From positions 35,960,001-36,024,000 of the forward strand of contig OX597836.1 in NCBI GenBank assembly GCA_951406725.2: a DNA stretch of 64,000 nt, given 5' to 3'. Within the stretch, counting starts at the first letter, position 1; every line of letters begins with the position of its first letter. Shown here in pieces: positions 1-13,007 of the stretch. The DNA comes from Octopus vulgaris (lineage: Eukaryota). Made by a program: the position numbers and the translations under genes. Below the pieces are notes generated by a model that worked only from the letters and a program-made list of their open reading frames with translations, was not told the DNA's origin and did no database searches.

Positions 1-669
1 GAAAGAACCGCTGAGGTTTTCTACTTCACCAAGTTTCCGAATTTGTTATCATAACCACAATAACATTTTTTCAGATATATTTGCAAGAATTGAGAGTCCT
101 ATAAAATAAACTAAATTTTCCTGCTCGTGGTATTTGAAAGTGAACGCTGTTGCATGTTTGAACTCCAGGCCGTAAATAAACTAAACTTCCAAAGCGCTTT
201 TCATTGTTAGGTGGGAGTAAAGTCACATACATATAATGTACATATAATGTAGATGTGTGTGCGGGGATGTGAGTGTGTCCGTCGTTACAAAAATGTATGT
301 ATAGTGATAGACACGTACATCGTCACACACACTTGTGAGTCATCGGCTTAACGTAGTTAACGAATGCACGAACACACTCATATAGAAAATATGACATCAC
401 CATCGTTGTATTGGTGGTATAAGATGTTTACGACAGGTCACTAAAGGAAAAATGATAAAGTTAATTTTGTGTAATGCAAATGTGTAAATGAAAATATAAT
501 TTAGCTGGTAGTCAAAAGATTACTGTAACTTTCGATATCCCATATGTCAAAATCAGCAATTCAGTTTTGAAATGCATAACGAATCTATGCGCGCACACAG
601 ACATGTAAACTCTCTTTTATAGACATAGATATATACATATATATATATATGTCTATATAGACATATATA

Positions 670-734
<65 letters not shown>

Positions 735-1119
735 TCATACATACATATATATATATGTATATATATATATTCATATACATGTTTATATATATTTATATAT
801 ATATCGTTTTTCTCACACACACATATATATAGTGTTTTTCTCACCTTCACCGCATTCTCTCTGTCTATCTCTCCCCCTCTTTCTCCTGATTCATCTGTCG
901 TTGCTCTTACGTGACCATCGCCCATCTTTCTTTTCTTTCTCTTCTTTCAAGGCTATCTTAAGGAGTGGACATATCTTGTGTCTCTCCCTTGTCTTTTCTT
1001 TTGTCAAAGAAAACATTTATCCAGCGTTCCTTATTTTACCCTCGTTCTGGTCTAACAACCCTTCATGTTTGTTTTCGCTCGGTTTCCTTGTATGTCTCCA
1101 CTATCCGGTTTTTGTTCTC

Positions 1120-1362
1120 AAATTTGATCCTCCATAAATCCCAAATTTTATTTTGGTATTTATGGGAGCAACTGTTATATTGTCGAAGAGTTATATTGCC
1201 GGACAGTGCTCCAGGTGGGGAATAGATGGACAGCCGAAAAACTGATGAGGTGTCTTTCTTTGTGTTAAGTGTCCTGTTTTGCATTTGTTCCTCTCGTTGT
1301 TTGCGTATTGAACTCATTTGTTTTCGTATTTCATGTTGTTCACAGTTGGTGACCCATATATA
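1120..1362 (+). mobile_element. Degenerate repeat, probable PLE pseudo-LTR 3' fragment (same family as 6752-7020)
   Basis: Colinear blocks shared with 6752-7020: ttgatcctc..aaatcc.aaatttt..gggagcaa.tgtt..tgctc..taga..acagcc..tgatga. Both run into a (TA)n tract. Confidence 0.45.
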
Positions 1363-1545
1363 CATGAATATATATATATATAAAATTATAGAGGGGTTTT
1401 AGAGTCGGTTCATGGCTGCTATGGCTGCTATGGTTCTCGTAGATAGCCTAGTTTATAATTTTAATAATTATTACATTTGAAGGTTATCTTTTCCATGCTG
1501 ACCACTTGATAAGTTCGCTATTTTATCTTGAATTAACGATCTTAT

Positions 1546-1602
<57 letters not shown>

Positions 1603-1603
<1 letters not shown>

Positions 1604-1800
1604 CACGGGAAGGTTTACGAAGATAAACAAAAGGCGAAGGCAGGTGGAGTACAAACCAACAAATTTATTAGTATAGCGCTCAGGAATGGAAATAGAAAAA
1701 GTCTCTTACGTTTCGAGCCTACGTTCTTCGACAGAAAGATACACAGAAAAAAACAAGGAGAGAAACAAGGAGAGAAAATGCGTGTAGGAGCTAACGATCT
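1603..1800 (-). mobile_element. Short PLE pseudo-LTR-like element with a hammerhead-like fold, next to (TA)n
   Basis: Close homolog of 3520-3731 (cgggaag..aaacaaaag.cgaaggcaggtgga..tattagtat.gcgctcagga..acgtttcgagcctacg.tcttc.acagaaagatacacag). Minus-strand HHR-like motif at 1702-1739. Confidence 0.7.
1702..1739 (-). ncRNA. Minimal type-I hammerhead-like motif, variant core CUGUCGA
   Basis: Minus strand: tcttt CTGTCGA a gaac gtag gctc GAAA c GTA agaga. Stem I tcttt/agaga has one G-U pair, stem III is palindromic acgt, stem II is imperfect, and core A6 is replaced by U. Confidence 0.45.
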
Positions 1801-2309
1801 ATACATATGTGTGTGTATGCGTTTCTGTGTGTGTGTATTTGTATATGCATTTTGTTATCATTTATCTATTACTAGTTACACACACTGGACTGAGGGGCAC
1901 AGTCTAGAACAAATCGAACGTAGTACTTATTTCTAAGTCTAGTGCTATTCTACGATTCTCTTTTCGTTTACCATTAGAATTACCCGACAGCCGGCAGTAT
2001 TATGGTATGCTACCAATTCGAGGATCTATGTTGTAATGAAACATGTGTAGTGGCTATGAAACGGGTGTCGAATCGTACCTCCTCTTTCTTTTGACTCTAT
2101 TTATTCTTTCCTTTATATATATATATATATATTCATACGTAGACACTGAAAACATATACAAGGCTTCAGACGAACAAGTAATTTAAGAGAGCGATCGACA
2201 TACAAGAAGCAACAACCAAATCTACTTCAACTCAAATCTTACTGTCTTAAAAAGGAACGGACACGCTGGACAGTGTAGTCCTTAATATATAAGAATATAT
2301 ATGAATCGT

Positions 2310-2490
2310 TAACACGCCGAGAGAAAAAGGTTAGCGGCAGTTCTGAGTTCAAATGTCGCCGGGGTCGACTTTGCTTCTCATCCTTTTGGAGTCGATAAAA
2401 GAAATAGCAACTGGACTCTGTGGGGCGATATAATCGGCCCATCCACTTCCCCAAATTGCTGGCCTTGTGCCAACATTTGAAACCATTATA
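2310..2490 (+). mobile_element. SINE family A, degenerate copy with an alternative 3' tail
   Basis: gttaacacgccg..ttctgagttcaaatgtcgccggggtcgactttgcttctcatccttttggagtcgataaaa matches family A. The tail ccccaaattgctggccttgtgcc..tttgaaacc differs from family A. Confidence 0.7.
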
Positions 2491-3519
2491 TAATAACTGA
2501 AATAAAAGATGGTATGGTCGTGGGTGGAATGCGTCTGCTCTTTCAGAGACCACATGGATAAATAAAACAACAATGAGAGGTGTGATATAAGTGAGATCGG
2601 TAGAGTTTATATGAATCATCGAAACAAGGAAAGACGGGGTTTGCTGAAAAGATTGATTTAAGCCTGAATATATAGAATAATTATGTTTAATTCTTAATGT
2701 TCCAAAGCTCATAATAAAGATTTTTCTTAGATACTTCAACTTCCGCTACACAATTAAACCAAAGTGATTTGAAGTTATTAAGTCGCGTAAACAGGAAAAT
2801 AATTTTCACTTTGAAGCTATCTACTTATCAAGTCCTTTTGTGATCTTATGGTTTCGAATTCACTTTGGTAGGACCAAAGTATATTCAATATTTTGAGCGT
2901 AATTATATAGAACAAATTCTCTTCGAATCTGTAAATCTCTGTTTTTCTTCGTTTTAACGATAGATATGATTGAAGAGTCAACAAGTTGTCCGTCCTTTTT
3001 GTTGTTATACTAAAGTCACATCAAACACAACAAATCAAATAATAGAACCCGTTTGAAGAATACCTAATTACGAGACGCCATTTAGACAGGTTGATAAACA
3101 TACCACTACGTTTGCAAAACATATCTGGAAACGGAGAGACAAATATATTGCTCAGAGGATGAACTATTGGGTCCTTAAATTATTAATGTCATGTTAGAAC
3201 CGATGGGATAACGTGAATAATACTGTCCTCCTGATACAGGTTAAGGTTCAATTAAGGACAATCAAGGAACCCTGCAGATCTTCAACGCCAAAGATACGAG
3301 CCCTCTTGCACGTTCTCCAATTTACAGTTGCATTCTTAGAGTAGAGCCTTTCGCTCTAACCATTTCTGCTACAGTGACCCGAATTTTCACAAATACATTG
3401 GGTAGGCGTGTGCTCTTAGTCCACCCTACACAAGCATACATTTAGACACACAAGAACACATATACACACCCACCTGTGTGCATATAGATATAAATATATA
3501 TATATATATATGTATATAT

Positions 3520-3727
3520 AACGGGAAGCTTTATGAAAATAAACAAAAGACGAAGGCAGGTGGAAAACAAACGAACAATTGTATTAGTATGGCGCTCAGG
3601 AAATATAAATAAAACAAGTCTTTAACGTTTCGAGCCTACGCTCTTCAACAGAAAGATACACAGAGAGAGAAAAACACAGAAAGAAGGAGAGAAAAAAATG
3701 CGTGCAGTAGCTAACGAATCAACATGG

Positions 3728-3731
<4 letters not shown>
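3520..3731 (-). mobile_element. Short PLE pseudo-LTR-like element with a hammerhead-like fold, flanked by (TA)n on both sides
   Basis: Homolog of 1603-1800. (TA)n-rich tracts at 3490-3519 and 3730-3768. Confidence 0.7.
3619..3656 (-). ncRNA. Minimal type-I hammerhead-like motif, variant core CUGUUGA
   Basis: Minus strand: tcttt CTGTTGA a gagc gtag gctc GAAA c GTT aaaga. Perfect 5-bp stem I, 4-bp stem II, palindromic acgt stem III. Confidence 0.55.
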
Positions 3732-3772
<41 letters not shown>

Positions 3773-4022
3773 GAGAGAGAGAGAGAGAGAGAGAAGGGAG
3801 AAAGAGAGGGGAGACAGCAAATGAAATCGAGAAAATCAATATAGAAGACACTTCATAGTGCTAAAAATGATCTGAACTTACACTCCGATGTCTTCACCGA
3901 GACCCAGGTCAACATTATGAAGTAATGCCAACCCTCAGAAACGGCTGTCGCACCTGTAACGCCTTATCCTCTCTATCTCTTTGAGTCTCTGTAATCTGAG
4001 TAAGTTTGATCTATGAATAACT

Positions 4023-4025
4023 ATG

Positions 4026-4114
<89 letters not shown>

Positions 4115-4227
4115 TTATATGTGCGTGTGTATAGATAGCTAGATATATACATTAAAACCCAAGATATTAACTGTTCTCTCAATCAGTATGTCTGTCTCTC
4201 TCTCTCTCTCTATTTATATATATATAC

Positions 4228-4267
<40 letters not shown>

Positions 4268-4430
4268 ATACATATATATATATATTTATATTTGTTTGTG
4301 TGAGTGTACATATGTTTTATGTACACACAAACACACATACATACATACACACACACACATACATACATACATACATACATACATACATACATACATACAT
4401 ACATACATACATACATACATACATACCTGC
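4023..4430. repeat. Compound microsatellite cluster: (TA)n, (TC)n, (CA)n, (TACA)n
   Basis: Read directly. Source of the YIYI/THTH/HTYI pseudo-ORFs. Confidence 0.97.
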
Positions 4431-5232
4431 ATACATGTTGGCATGTATGTGTTTTATTTTTTATTTTAATGTTTTCCGTTATGAAAGCTCGGTCGTATAA
4501 GAAAAAAATAATATAATAAAATATCATGCAAACCTTTTAACTTCTATTTATTTAGGAGAAAACTATTTCCGACATTCATGATTCTTTCCAAAGGAAAGAG
4601 AGAAAAAAAAACAAATTAAAACTAAAATAGCATAAAGAAAGAAAGAAAGAAAGAAAGAAAGACAGATAGAAAGAAAGAAAGAAAGAAAGGAAGAGGCAAT
4701 GTAAGACCTCAGCGTTGAGGAGACTTACTGAATAAATGCGTCATATTGCTCAACCTATACAGCTAGCGCCTTTAAGAACAGAAATTCTATAAAAAGAACA
4801 TTTGTTATACTTCTTTGAAACGCAAATCATGTTTTAGTACTAAATAATACACGATAACACGTGATTGGTATTGTTTTCTGACATATGACAAATGCTAACT
4901 GTTTCTTTAGAGTTAATTTTCTCCGAATGTTTGACGCCACCGTTTGCAAATAATCAATATGTTATGCATGGAGAGACTAATATTTCATGAAAACGCACTG
5001 AACATTCCATAGATACTCATATTCTACTTCCATATGATTTGGTAGGTTATAAAGATACTTTCCTTTTAGCGAGCGAAAGGATGTTAGATACATTTTTTTT
5101 CTTCAGTTCTTCTTTTCCCATGCTTATACACTGATCAGATTCAGTCGATCTTTGCGAGTCCAAACTATAAAATTCCCCCCATATATATATATGATAATAT
5201 ACCAGCAATTTTGCCATTGCACGTGTACAAAG

Positions 5233-5356
<124 letters not shown>

Positions 5357-5571
5357 AACTTATACACAAGAGCAGAAGAAAAAAATTTCTAATGCCAAAT
5401 ATGTCGAAAATAGACAAATCGTTAATAACCATATATTTATAACTATATTTGGCATTAGAATGTTTTTCTTCTTCCCTTGTTTATAAGTTGTTTATAAACG
5501 TAACCTTTAAAGGTATTTTTAATATGCTGGCCATTGATAGAATATTTTTCGAAAAATGTTATCCTATATTA

Positions 5572-5620
<49 letters not shown>

Positions 5621-5656
5621 AACTTATAAACAAGAGCAGAATATATATAAGAGCAG

Positions 5657-5687
<31 letters not shown>

Positions 5688-5814
5688 AGGGAGGTATGCA
5701 TGGAGACAGGGAGGGTGAGGAACAGACACAGAAAGAGATATACATAAACGCATACATATTTATGTATAGGTGTGATTGCATATATATGGTTGGCATCATT
5801 CATGTAAGAGTTTG

Positions 5815-6330
5815 GTGTCATCTGGTGCCTCCATGATGCCTAAACCTGACATGGCTCAGAAGGCGAAGGTGGAAATGGAACAGTCACGGGAATTGATCGC
5901 ATGTTAGGGAGGGTGTTGTTCTTAGCTGGAGTTGCCGGTCCTGGCGTTGCTGTCTTTTTACTACTTCAGTCATCCTCTTCTCCCCAAAAGTGGAACAGCC
6001 ATGATGAATTGCTCTTTGCCAGGATGGACGCTCGGCAACTTTTGTTTCCCAGGTTTTACGACTGATTTTGGCTTTAAGGCGGGAAGACTTCATTCGGTCT
6101 TTGAATCTGCGTTTTGGGGCCCCTCGATGTCGTTTGCCATTGACGAACTCACCTTAGACGAGGGGGATTTGAAGGGGTCCATTCAGATTACTTGTCCTGA
6201 CCGCTTGAGGCGATGCTTGAGGATGGTAGCTTCATTGCTTGGTATTTCTGAGCGATTGGGGACTTCCATGCTGGGAGGTGAATCCTGCCATTTGATATCG
6301 AGTATCTGGCGAAGCTTGGCATGCGTCCGT
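5815..6330 (-). pseudogene. RTE-clade (BovB/Expander-like) LINE 3' remnant
   Basis: Minus-strand peptides WQDSPPSMEVPNRSEIPSNEATILKHRLKRSGQVI and KAKISRKTWETKVAERPSWQRAIHHGCSTFGEKR match the RTE C-terminal pattern (WQD..N.EVL..SIEA..LRW.GHV / WE..A.DR..WR..G..FE). Frameshifted. Confidence 0.75.
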
Positions 6331-6751
6331 TTGTATTACACACGCACGCTCTCATGCATACAAATACACACACACACACACATACACACACACGCACATG
6401 CACACACACACATACACACACACATTATTATATAAGTGTGTATGTGCACGCGTGTGTGTGTGTTTCTGTACTACACCTCGTCTACGTCCCGCTAAGTTGC
6501 TGGACGTAGACACACCAACCTCGATTGTAAAGCAATGGGGGTGGGGGGGACAAAGATAGACACACAAACATATACACACTTATATATTATTTTCCTAACT
6601 TGTGTTTCTTTCTCTCCGTTGTAGCTGGGACAACGAAGACGTGTTCTTGTCTCTCTCTTGTCCAAGCGTGATTTACACGTTCGCCACCACAACCTCGTTT
6701 AGGCTTAGCAGCCTCTCCTGTATATTTTCACTGTACTGTCTGTGTTACCAA

Positions 6752-7016
6752 TATTGATCCTCTGCAAAATCCGAAATTTTGTTTAATTTGCTTCGCGGGA
6801 GCAATTGTTTTTTTTTTGAAAGCGTATCTTGTTGTTAAATGCTCGAAATACGAGAGTAGAAAAACAGCCAACAAGTGATGAAAGTTCGTTCTTTATGTTG
6901 CTTGTCTTGTTTTTCATTTGTGTCGTTTGTTGTTCGAAAAAATAGGTTCATATTCCATGTACTCGTACTTCGTAATATTTTGTTGTACAAGTTTCATGAC
7001 GTCCTGTGCCCAAATA

Positions 7017-7020
<4 letters not shown>
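6752..7020 (+). mobile_element. Degenerate repeat, probable PLE pseudo-LTR fragment with a decayed HHR-like motif
   Basis: Homologous to 1120-1362. Contains ttttt tga aagcgt..atgctc GAAA tacgaga GTA gaaaaac and ends at (TA)n. Confidence 0.4.
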
Positions 7021-7076
<56 letters not shown>

Positions 7077-7137
7077 CACGTATAGATGTATGTGCATATA
7101 CGTATGTATATATGATCATATCATATTATATATATAA

Positions 7138-7268
<131 letters not shown>

Positions 7269-8991
7269 AAGACACACACAATTAAGATACAGACATGTAT
7301 CCATTTATATCACTTTTAAAATATACTTATTCAAGCAACGTTATTCTTGTTGTATTTTAAGCCGGTAGAAAGCCAATAGCTCTATAACTATTGTAGCTGT
7401 TACCAATCTTTGTTTTTGTAGATTTCATAATTCAGTATCTAATGCGTCCTTGTTCTCTTGGTAAAAGGCATTTAAGTGAGATTTAGCTACTACAGCCTGA
7501 GTGCTCCTGTAATGTTTCCCAACTTTATTCGTTCTATTCAATATTATCGCCAGACACCATGGTTGGGCGATTCCATAAAATAGGTAGAAATAAGATGAGG
7601 TTTAAACTATTCAAGTCACGTATTTGAGTGCAGCGCTGTCTCTATTTTCTATTTGCCTCATTACAAACAGTTCACTCCAGAATACATGGAAGAGGTGGCA
7701 TGTGTGGTAGATATATTTGCTGTAATCGGCATCTGATGAATAAATTTTCCTGAGTATATTCTTCACATTATATGCCAAGAATTTTATGCCATGTCGTCTA
7801 AATTCAATAATAATAGGTCTATCTAGGAACCTACCCATTTCTGCTCTACTTAACTCTACGGAAAATATGACATCAACCATCACTAATAATATTTGTGCAA
7901 TGTAAACGAGTGAATATCCTTGAATATCGATGATTTTTTTTAATGAAAACATCTATGAGAATATCAGGTGCTTAAATGTGCTCACTATAATAATCATGAC
8001 ACGTCATTGAAATAAATAATTGAACGAATGTTTGAAAAGTTTAAACGTTCGCTGTACATTTTACGTGTGTTTGTATGTTTACTATGCATTTGAGATTAAA
8101 TTAGTATGTTGTGCCTCCGTGCTCATTGCTCAGCAAAGCAATTCAGTGAACAAGGCAAATAAAATCTCAACAAAATATTCTATACAAATTGTATACGGCA
8201 GAAAATCCTGCGATAGATTTCAATTGAATTGCTGACAATGGTTTCATGTCAGAAATTAAGCAGTGGCATTGAAACGACAAATGTGGAGTGGAAATTTAAT
8301 GAAACATTGATTGTTTGAGGGAAAACATATAAAGAATAATTGTTGGTTTCTGAGAAGTGAAGCCCCGTAGGTATAACAGAATTGAACTATTAAGTCACTT
8401 AATTATTGGAAATTGGCTTGACAATAAAAGAATAGTCCTTGTGTATAAAACTATTCACACTAATACATGCGAAATCATTGTGCAGACATTTCTCTTTACA
8501 ATAATGCATACAAGGCTATTGAGCACAACATATAAAAACATTGGAGTTAAAAATTTAATTAGAATCTATTTTGAGCTCACATTGATTATATCTTTGCAGA
8601 AATACGAATAACATTCATGAATATGGCCAAATATTACAGTAGTTTTCCTTTTATAAACAAGCGTACATTTACCCGATTCTTTCTGTACTAACAATGTCCA
8701 ACATAAAATATAGATTTCTCTATATCAACCGTTCTAGATCGTGCAATACCAGAAAATCAGAGGCAAAGCTTGCAGTTTTAAACATTTTTCAGATCTGAAC
8801 AAAATGTGTTCGGTAGATATTTCTCATATTACGAAAAAGGAATCTGCCACCAGATCAATAACAGAGATCATGGAAATATCTTGTCTCTCCTCATTTGACT
8901 AACTAATCAAACGGTGTGCATGACTGAAACACGAAATTCTTTGATAAGTTCATTGAGAGATTAAATCACGTGTACACAAATTTATCTAATA

Positions 8992-9383
8992 CTAGCAGTA
9001 TCGCCCGGCGTTGCTCGGGTTTGTAAGGGAAATAACTATATAAGCATTTTTAGAGATGTAAAGTATAATAGCCATCTTAATATGGCTAACCACAAAGGAG
9101 TGTGTTACTGTAGCTTTTTACGTTCTGAGATTTAATAATACATTTTTAGAGAGTTACTTCCCTTATATAATAGCAAAAAATGCATTAAAAATGGGAAAAA
9201 ATGATGGTAATTTTTTTTTAATCGTAGACTCATCGTAGACGCGCGCTAATACCCAGAAGGGCTCGATATGAATCACGACTATAAGATACCCGCTTTTGGT
9301 TACACTGCACCGCAAAATGTGGGAGTAGTTAGGAATCTAAATCGTAGGAGACAGACACACAACCGTACTTTTATATATAAAGA
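8992..9383 (-). mobile_element. Non-autonomous Helitron
   Basis: Minus strand begins A|TC (tctttatatataaaag), has a subterminal GC hairpin cccgagcaacgccggg, and ends CTAG|T. No TSD. Ends shared with 16103-16615. Confidence 0.85.
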
Positions 9384-9976
9384 TATATAAGTGGCACATT
9401 TAATGCTTTATTAGTAAATCTTGTATATTATTTCTTATATATTCTCACCGATTTGTTTTCAGATAATGCCTTTTTATATGTTTGGAAAATACATTAGCAG
9501 CAGCTACGGTGATACTTTTAATGGATGAGCTAAAAGAAAGACGGGCCCCCATAATCATTGGCATTGATTTCGGGATTAGAAAGGAGAAAATAACGATTCA
9601 TACAGAGTTATTCCATGAAACTTGTTAATAGTTCAACTGAAACTATTTATGCGCCATCTGATGGAAGGAACACAATCATCGGTTTAAGTCAAGCACCACC
9701 AGTCATCAACATCACTCTATACGTGAAGTATTCACTAAGTTTCCGCTCACTCTGTTTCACTCACGAATTTAGAGTTGGTCAAAAGCAAACAATACGCATG
9801 GCCGAAAGTATAAATATAAAATGGCGACAATTTCCCATCGCACGCCTATAAACATACTACTAATGCAATACATTCTACCTTACGCAGGATTACGAAGGAA
9901 ACACAACTTACAAGCGCATGCGCACATTTCGTTATTCAATAATGCACCTTTCTCCGAACTGCTACTATGAACTTGC

Positions 9977-10206
9977 GCGGCGAGCTGGCAGAACCGTTAG
10001 CACGCCGGCCGAAATGCGTAGCCGTATTTCGTCTGACGTTACGTTCTGAGTTCAAATTCCGCCGAGGTCGACTTTGCCTTTCATCCTTTCGGGGTCGATA
10101 AATTAAGTACCAGTTACGCACTGGGGTCGATGTAATCAACTTAATCCGTTTGTCTGTCCTTGTTTGTCCCCTCTGTGTGTAGCCCCTTGTGGGTAGTAAA
10201 GAAACA
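9977..10206 (+). mobile_element. tRNA-derived SINE family A
   Basis: Pol III-like head (tggcagaaccg..gagttcaaattcc). The central gactttgcctttcatcctttcggggtcgataaattaagtaccag resembles the MetaSINE/MESC domain (from recall). More than 8 copies in the window. Confidence 0.9.
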
Positions 10207-10789
10207 GATAACTTGTCTTTCTTGTTTTGACCAATGCCTCATACGACAGTCAGACTTCACCACACTGACCGTCCATCATGATGGAATATGCACACTCCCA
10301 TGCTCACCTGCTTATCCATACGAACACATACATACATGCAAACATACTAACACACACGCGCACATGCAGTCATCTCACTGGATAGGCACGTCCCTCGCTG
10401 ACGTACACTGATGGGCCCAAACTCACACACACACACATACGAGTTCTGATGCACATGCATGCAATCTGTTTCCAGTCACCTCCATATTATCTACCCTTGC
10501 GTCGTTATCTAGACAGCTCTATCATTTTCACGTGTCAGTCTACGAAACCTGACCATTTCCACCTCCGTCTCTTGATCTTCCAGTCTGTTTCCAATTCTCA
10601 CGCTTCATATTCTACCTCTGGAATGTTCCACTGGATTTTAGGTTTCTTTCCTAATTGAATAGCATGGTACATTGTCAAAATCCATTTTAAAACCTTGTCA
10701 TTCACTACTAATGATAACGGGGAAATGTGCGTTATTGAATAACGAAATTATTATTTCTACTAATATTGCATTTTTTTCTCTCTTTCTCT

Positions 10790-10867
<78 letters not shown>

Positions 10868-11024
10868 GGGTGATTATAATAAAAAAAAATAAGCAACAAG
10901 AATGAATCCGGTATACAAAATGTTATTAAAAGCTGTACAGGTTTTAATAAAATGTTGTAGTATGAAACAATTGTACTAAATTACCGGATTCGTTCTTGTT
11001 GCTTATTTTTTGTATATATATATA

Positions 11025-11093
<69 letters not shown>

Positions 11094-11393
11094 ATAGATA
11101 GATAGATAGATAGATAAAAATTAGAAGGAAAACAACATAGCAAAGAGATCGCATTGGTGTAACGTCTGGAGGCTATGAAACTTGTATATTGACAGAAGAA
11201 ATGCATAAATGTTGCGACGGGTGAATGACATTGATATGGACATGGAGAGAAAAATATCAAAATGAGAAACAGAAGGGGAAATAGTTTGTAGATGAATGCT
11301 GGAGAATAGAGAATTTAACACACACACACAAACACACACACACACACACACAAAACAAACATACACATATGTGTATATATGTGGGTGTAAGTT

Positions 11394-11692
11394 AAGGCGC
11401 GTGGCTTAGTGGTTAGGGTATGCGGTTTGCGATCGTAGGTCATGAGTCTAATTCCTCGCGTTGCGGCCAGTTCACTTCATGTTGCTCAACTCCACCCCAC
11501 TGGCATAAGTTATTTGTAGTGGTAAGATAATTGTAGCCTTGTCAGATTTTGTGTTACACTGAGTCCCCCGAGAACCACGTTCAGGTTATGCGTGATTGTG
11601 TTTATATGGCGCACAGCAATTAACTTCACCAGCAGACTGTCCAGTTGGTCGGATTAACTGGAACACGCATCGTCGGAACTGACGGAGACGCC
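11394..11692 (+). mobile_element. tRNA-derived SINE family D, degenerate
   Basis: Head aggcgcgtggcttagtggttaggg. The tail ccttgtca..ccccgagaac.acgtt..gtcggaactgacggag is homologous to 38133-38444. Confidence 0.75.
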
Positions 11693-11694
11693 GA

Positions 11695-11787
<93 letters not shown>

Positions 11788-11976
11788 GTTTGTCTCTCTG
11801 TCTGTTTGTCTGTCTGTCTCTCTTTCTGTAAGTCTGTCTATCTGTCTGTCTGTCAATCTGTTTGTCTGTCTATCTATCTATCTATCTATCTATCTATCCA
11901 TCTCTATCTATCTATCGATCTATCTATATATCGATCTATCTATCTATCCATCTATGTATGTATTTATCTATCTATC
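11695..11976. repeat. (TCTA)n/(TCTG)n microsatellite
   Basis: Read directly. Confidence 0.97.
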
Positions 11977-12823
11977 ATATACCCTAAGCACTAAGCCACG
12001 CACCTTAACTTACACACACATATATAGACATACTCATATGTGTGTTTATGTGTGTGTGTGTACGTGTGTGTGTGTGTGTACGTGTGTGTGTGTGTGTGTG
12101 TGTGTGTGTTAAATTCTCTATCCTCCAGCATTCATCTACAAACTATTTCCCCTTCTGTTTCTCACTTTATCTTTTTCTCTCCATGTCCATTTCAATGGCA
12201 TTCACTCATCGCATCTTTTTATGCATTTCTTCTGTCAATATACAAGTTACATAGCCTCCAGACGTTACACCAATGCGATCTCTTTTGCTATGTTATTTTC
12301 CTTCTAAATTTTTCTCACAACCATCGGAGCACGGATCACTCCTCTCGAGGGCATAATCGTAAGAAGGTTGTGATCTGTAAAGAGTTTTGTATAGGAACCG
12401 GAATGAGAAGTATGAGCACGCAATATGCATATGCATAGCGATATCGCAAAAACGCAATGAGCATGTCAAAATAAACCATAAGAGAAGAATAAAACAAGTT
12501 AGATGATGGTCTGCATGCCAAGTCTGACGCCATTATCACGAAGGCTTTCTGCAATTTTCCTGTTATTCATTTCTAAATCTCTTTATGCAGCTTTTTACAT
12601 CAGTGTCTGTTTTCCCCGTAAACACACATTCGTCTTCTCTTGCCTTCGCGCCAGCCACCTCCTCCTAACACACGCCTTCCTATCACAATCAATACAATTA
12701 TTCCTGCACAGCTTCCTCCTCCCCACCTTATTATCCCATGCCACCTTCGAAACATCTATTCGAACGAAAACCACAATAACAAAAACAACTGTTTCAATTG
12801 CATTAGCATATACATTCATTAAT

Positions 12824-12922
<99 letters not shown>

Positions 12923-12937
12923 ATACATACATACATA

Positions 12938-13007
<70 letters not shown>

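Noticed and set aside
7611-7952. 113-aa non-repetitive minus-strand ORF
   Set aside because: No recognisable motif, and the length is compatible with chance.
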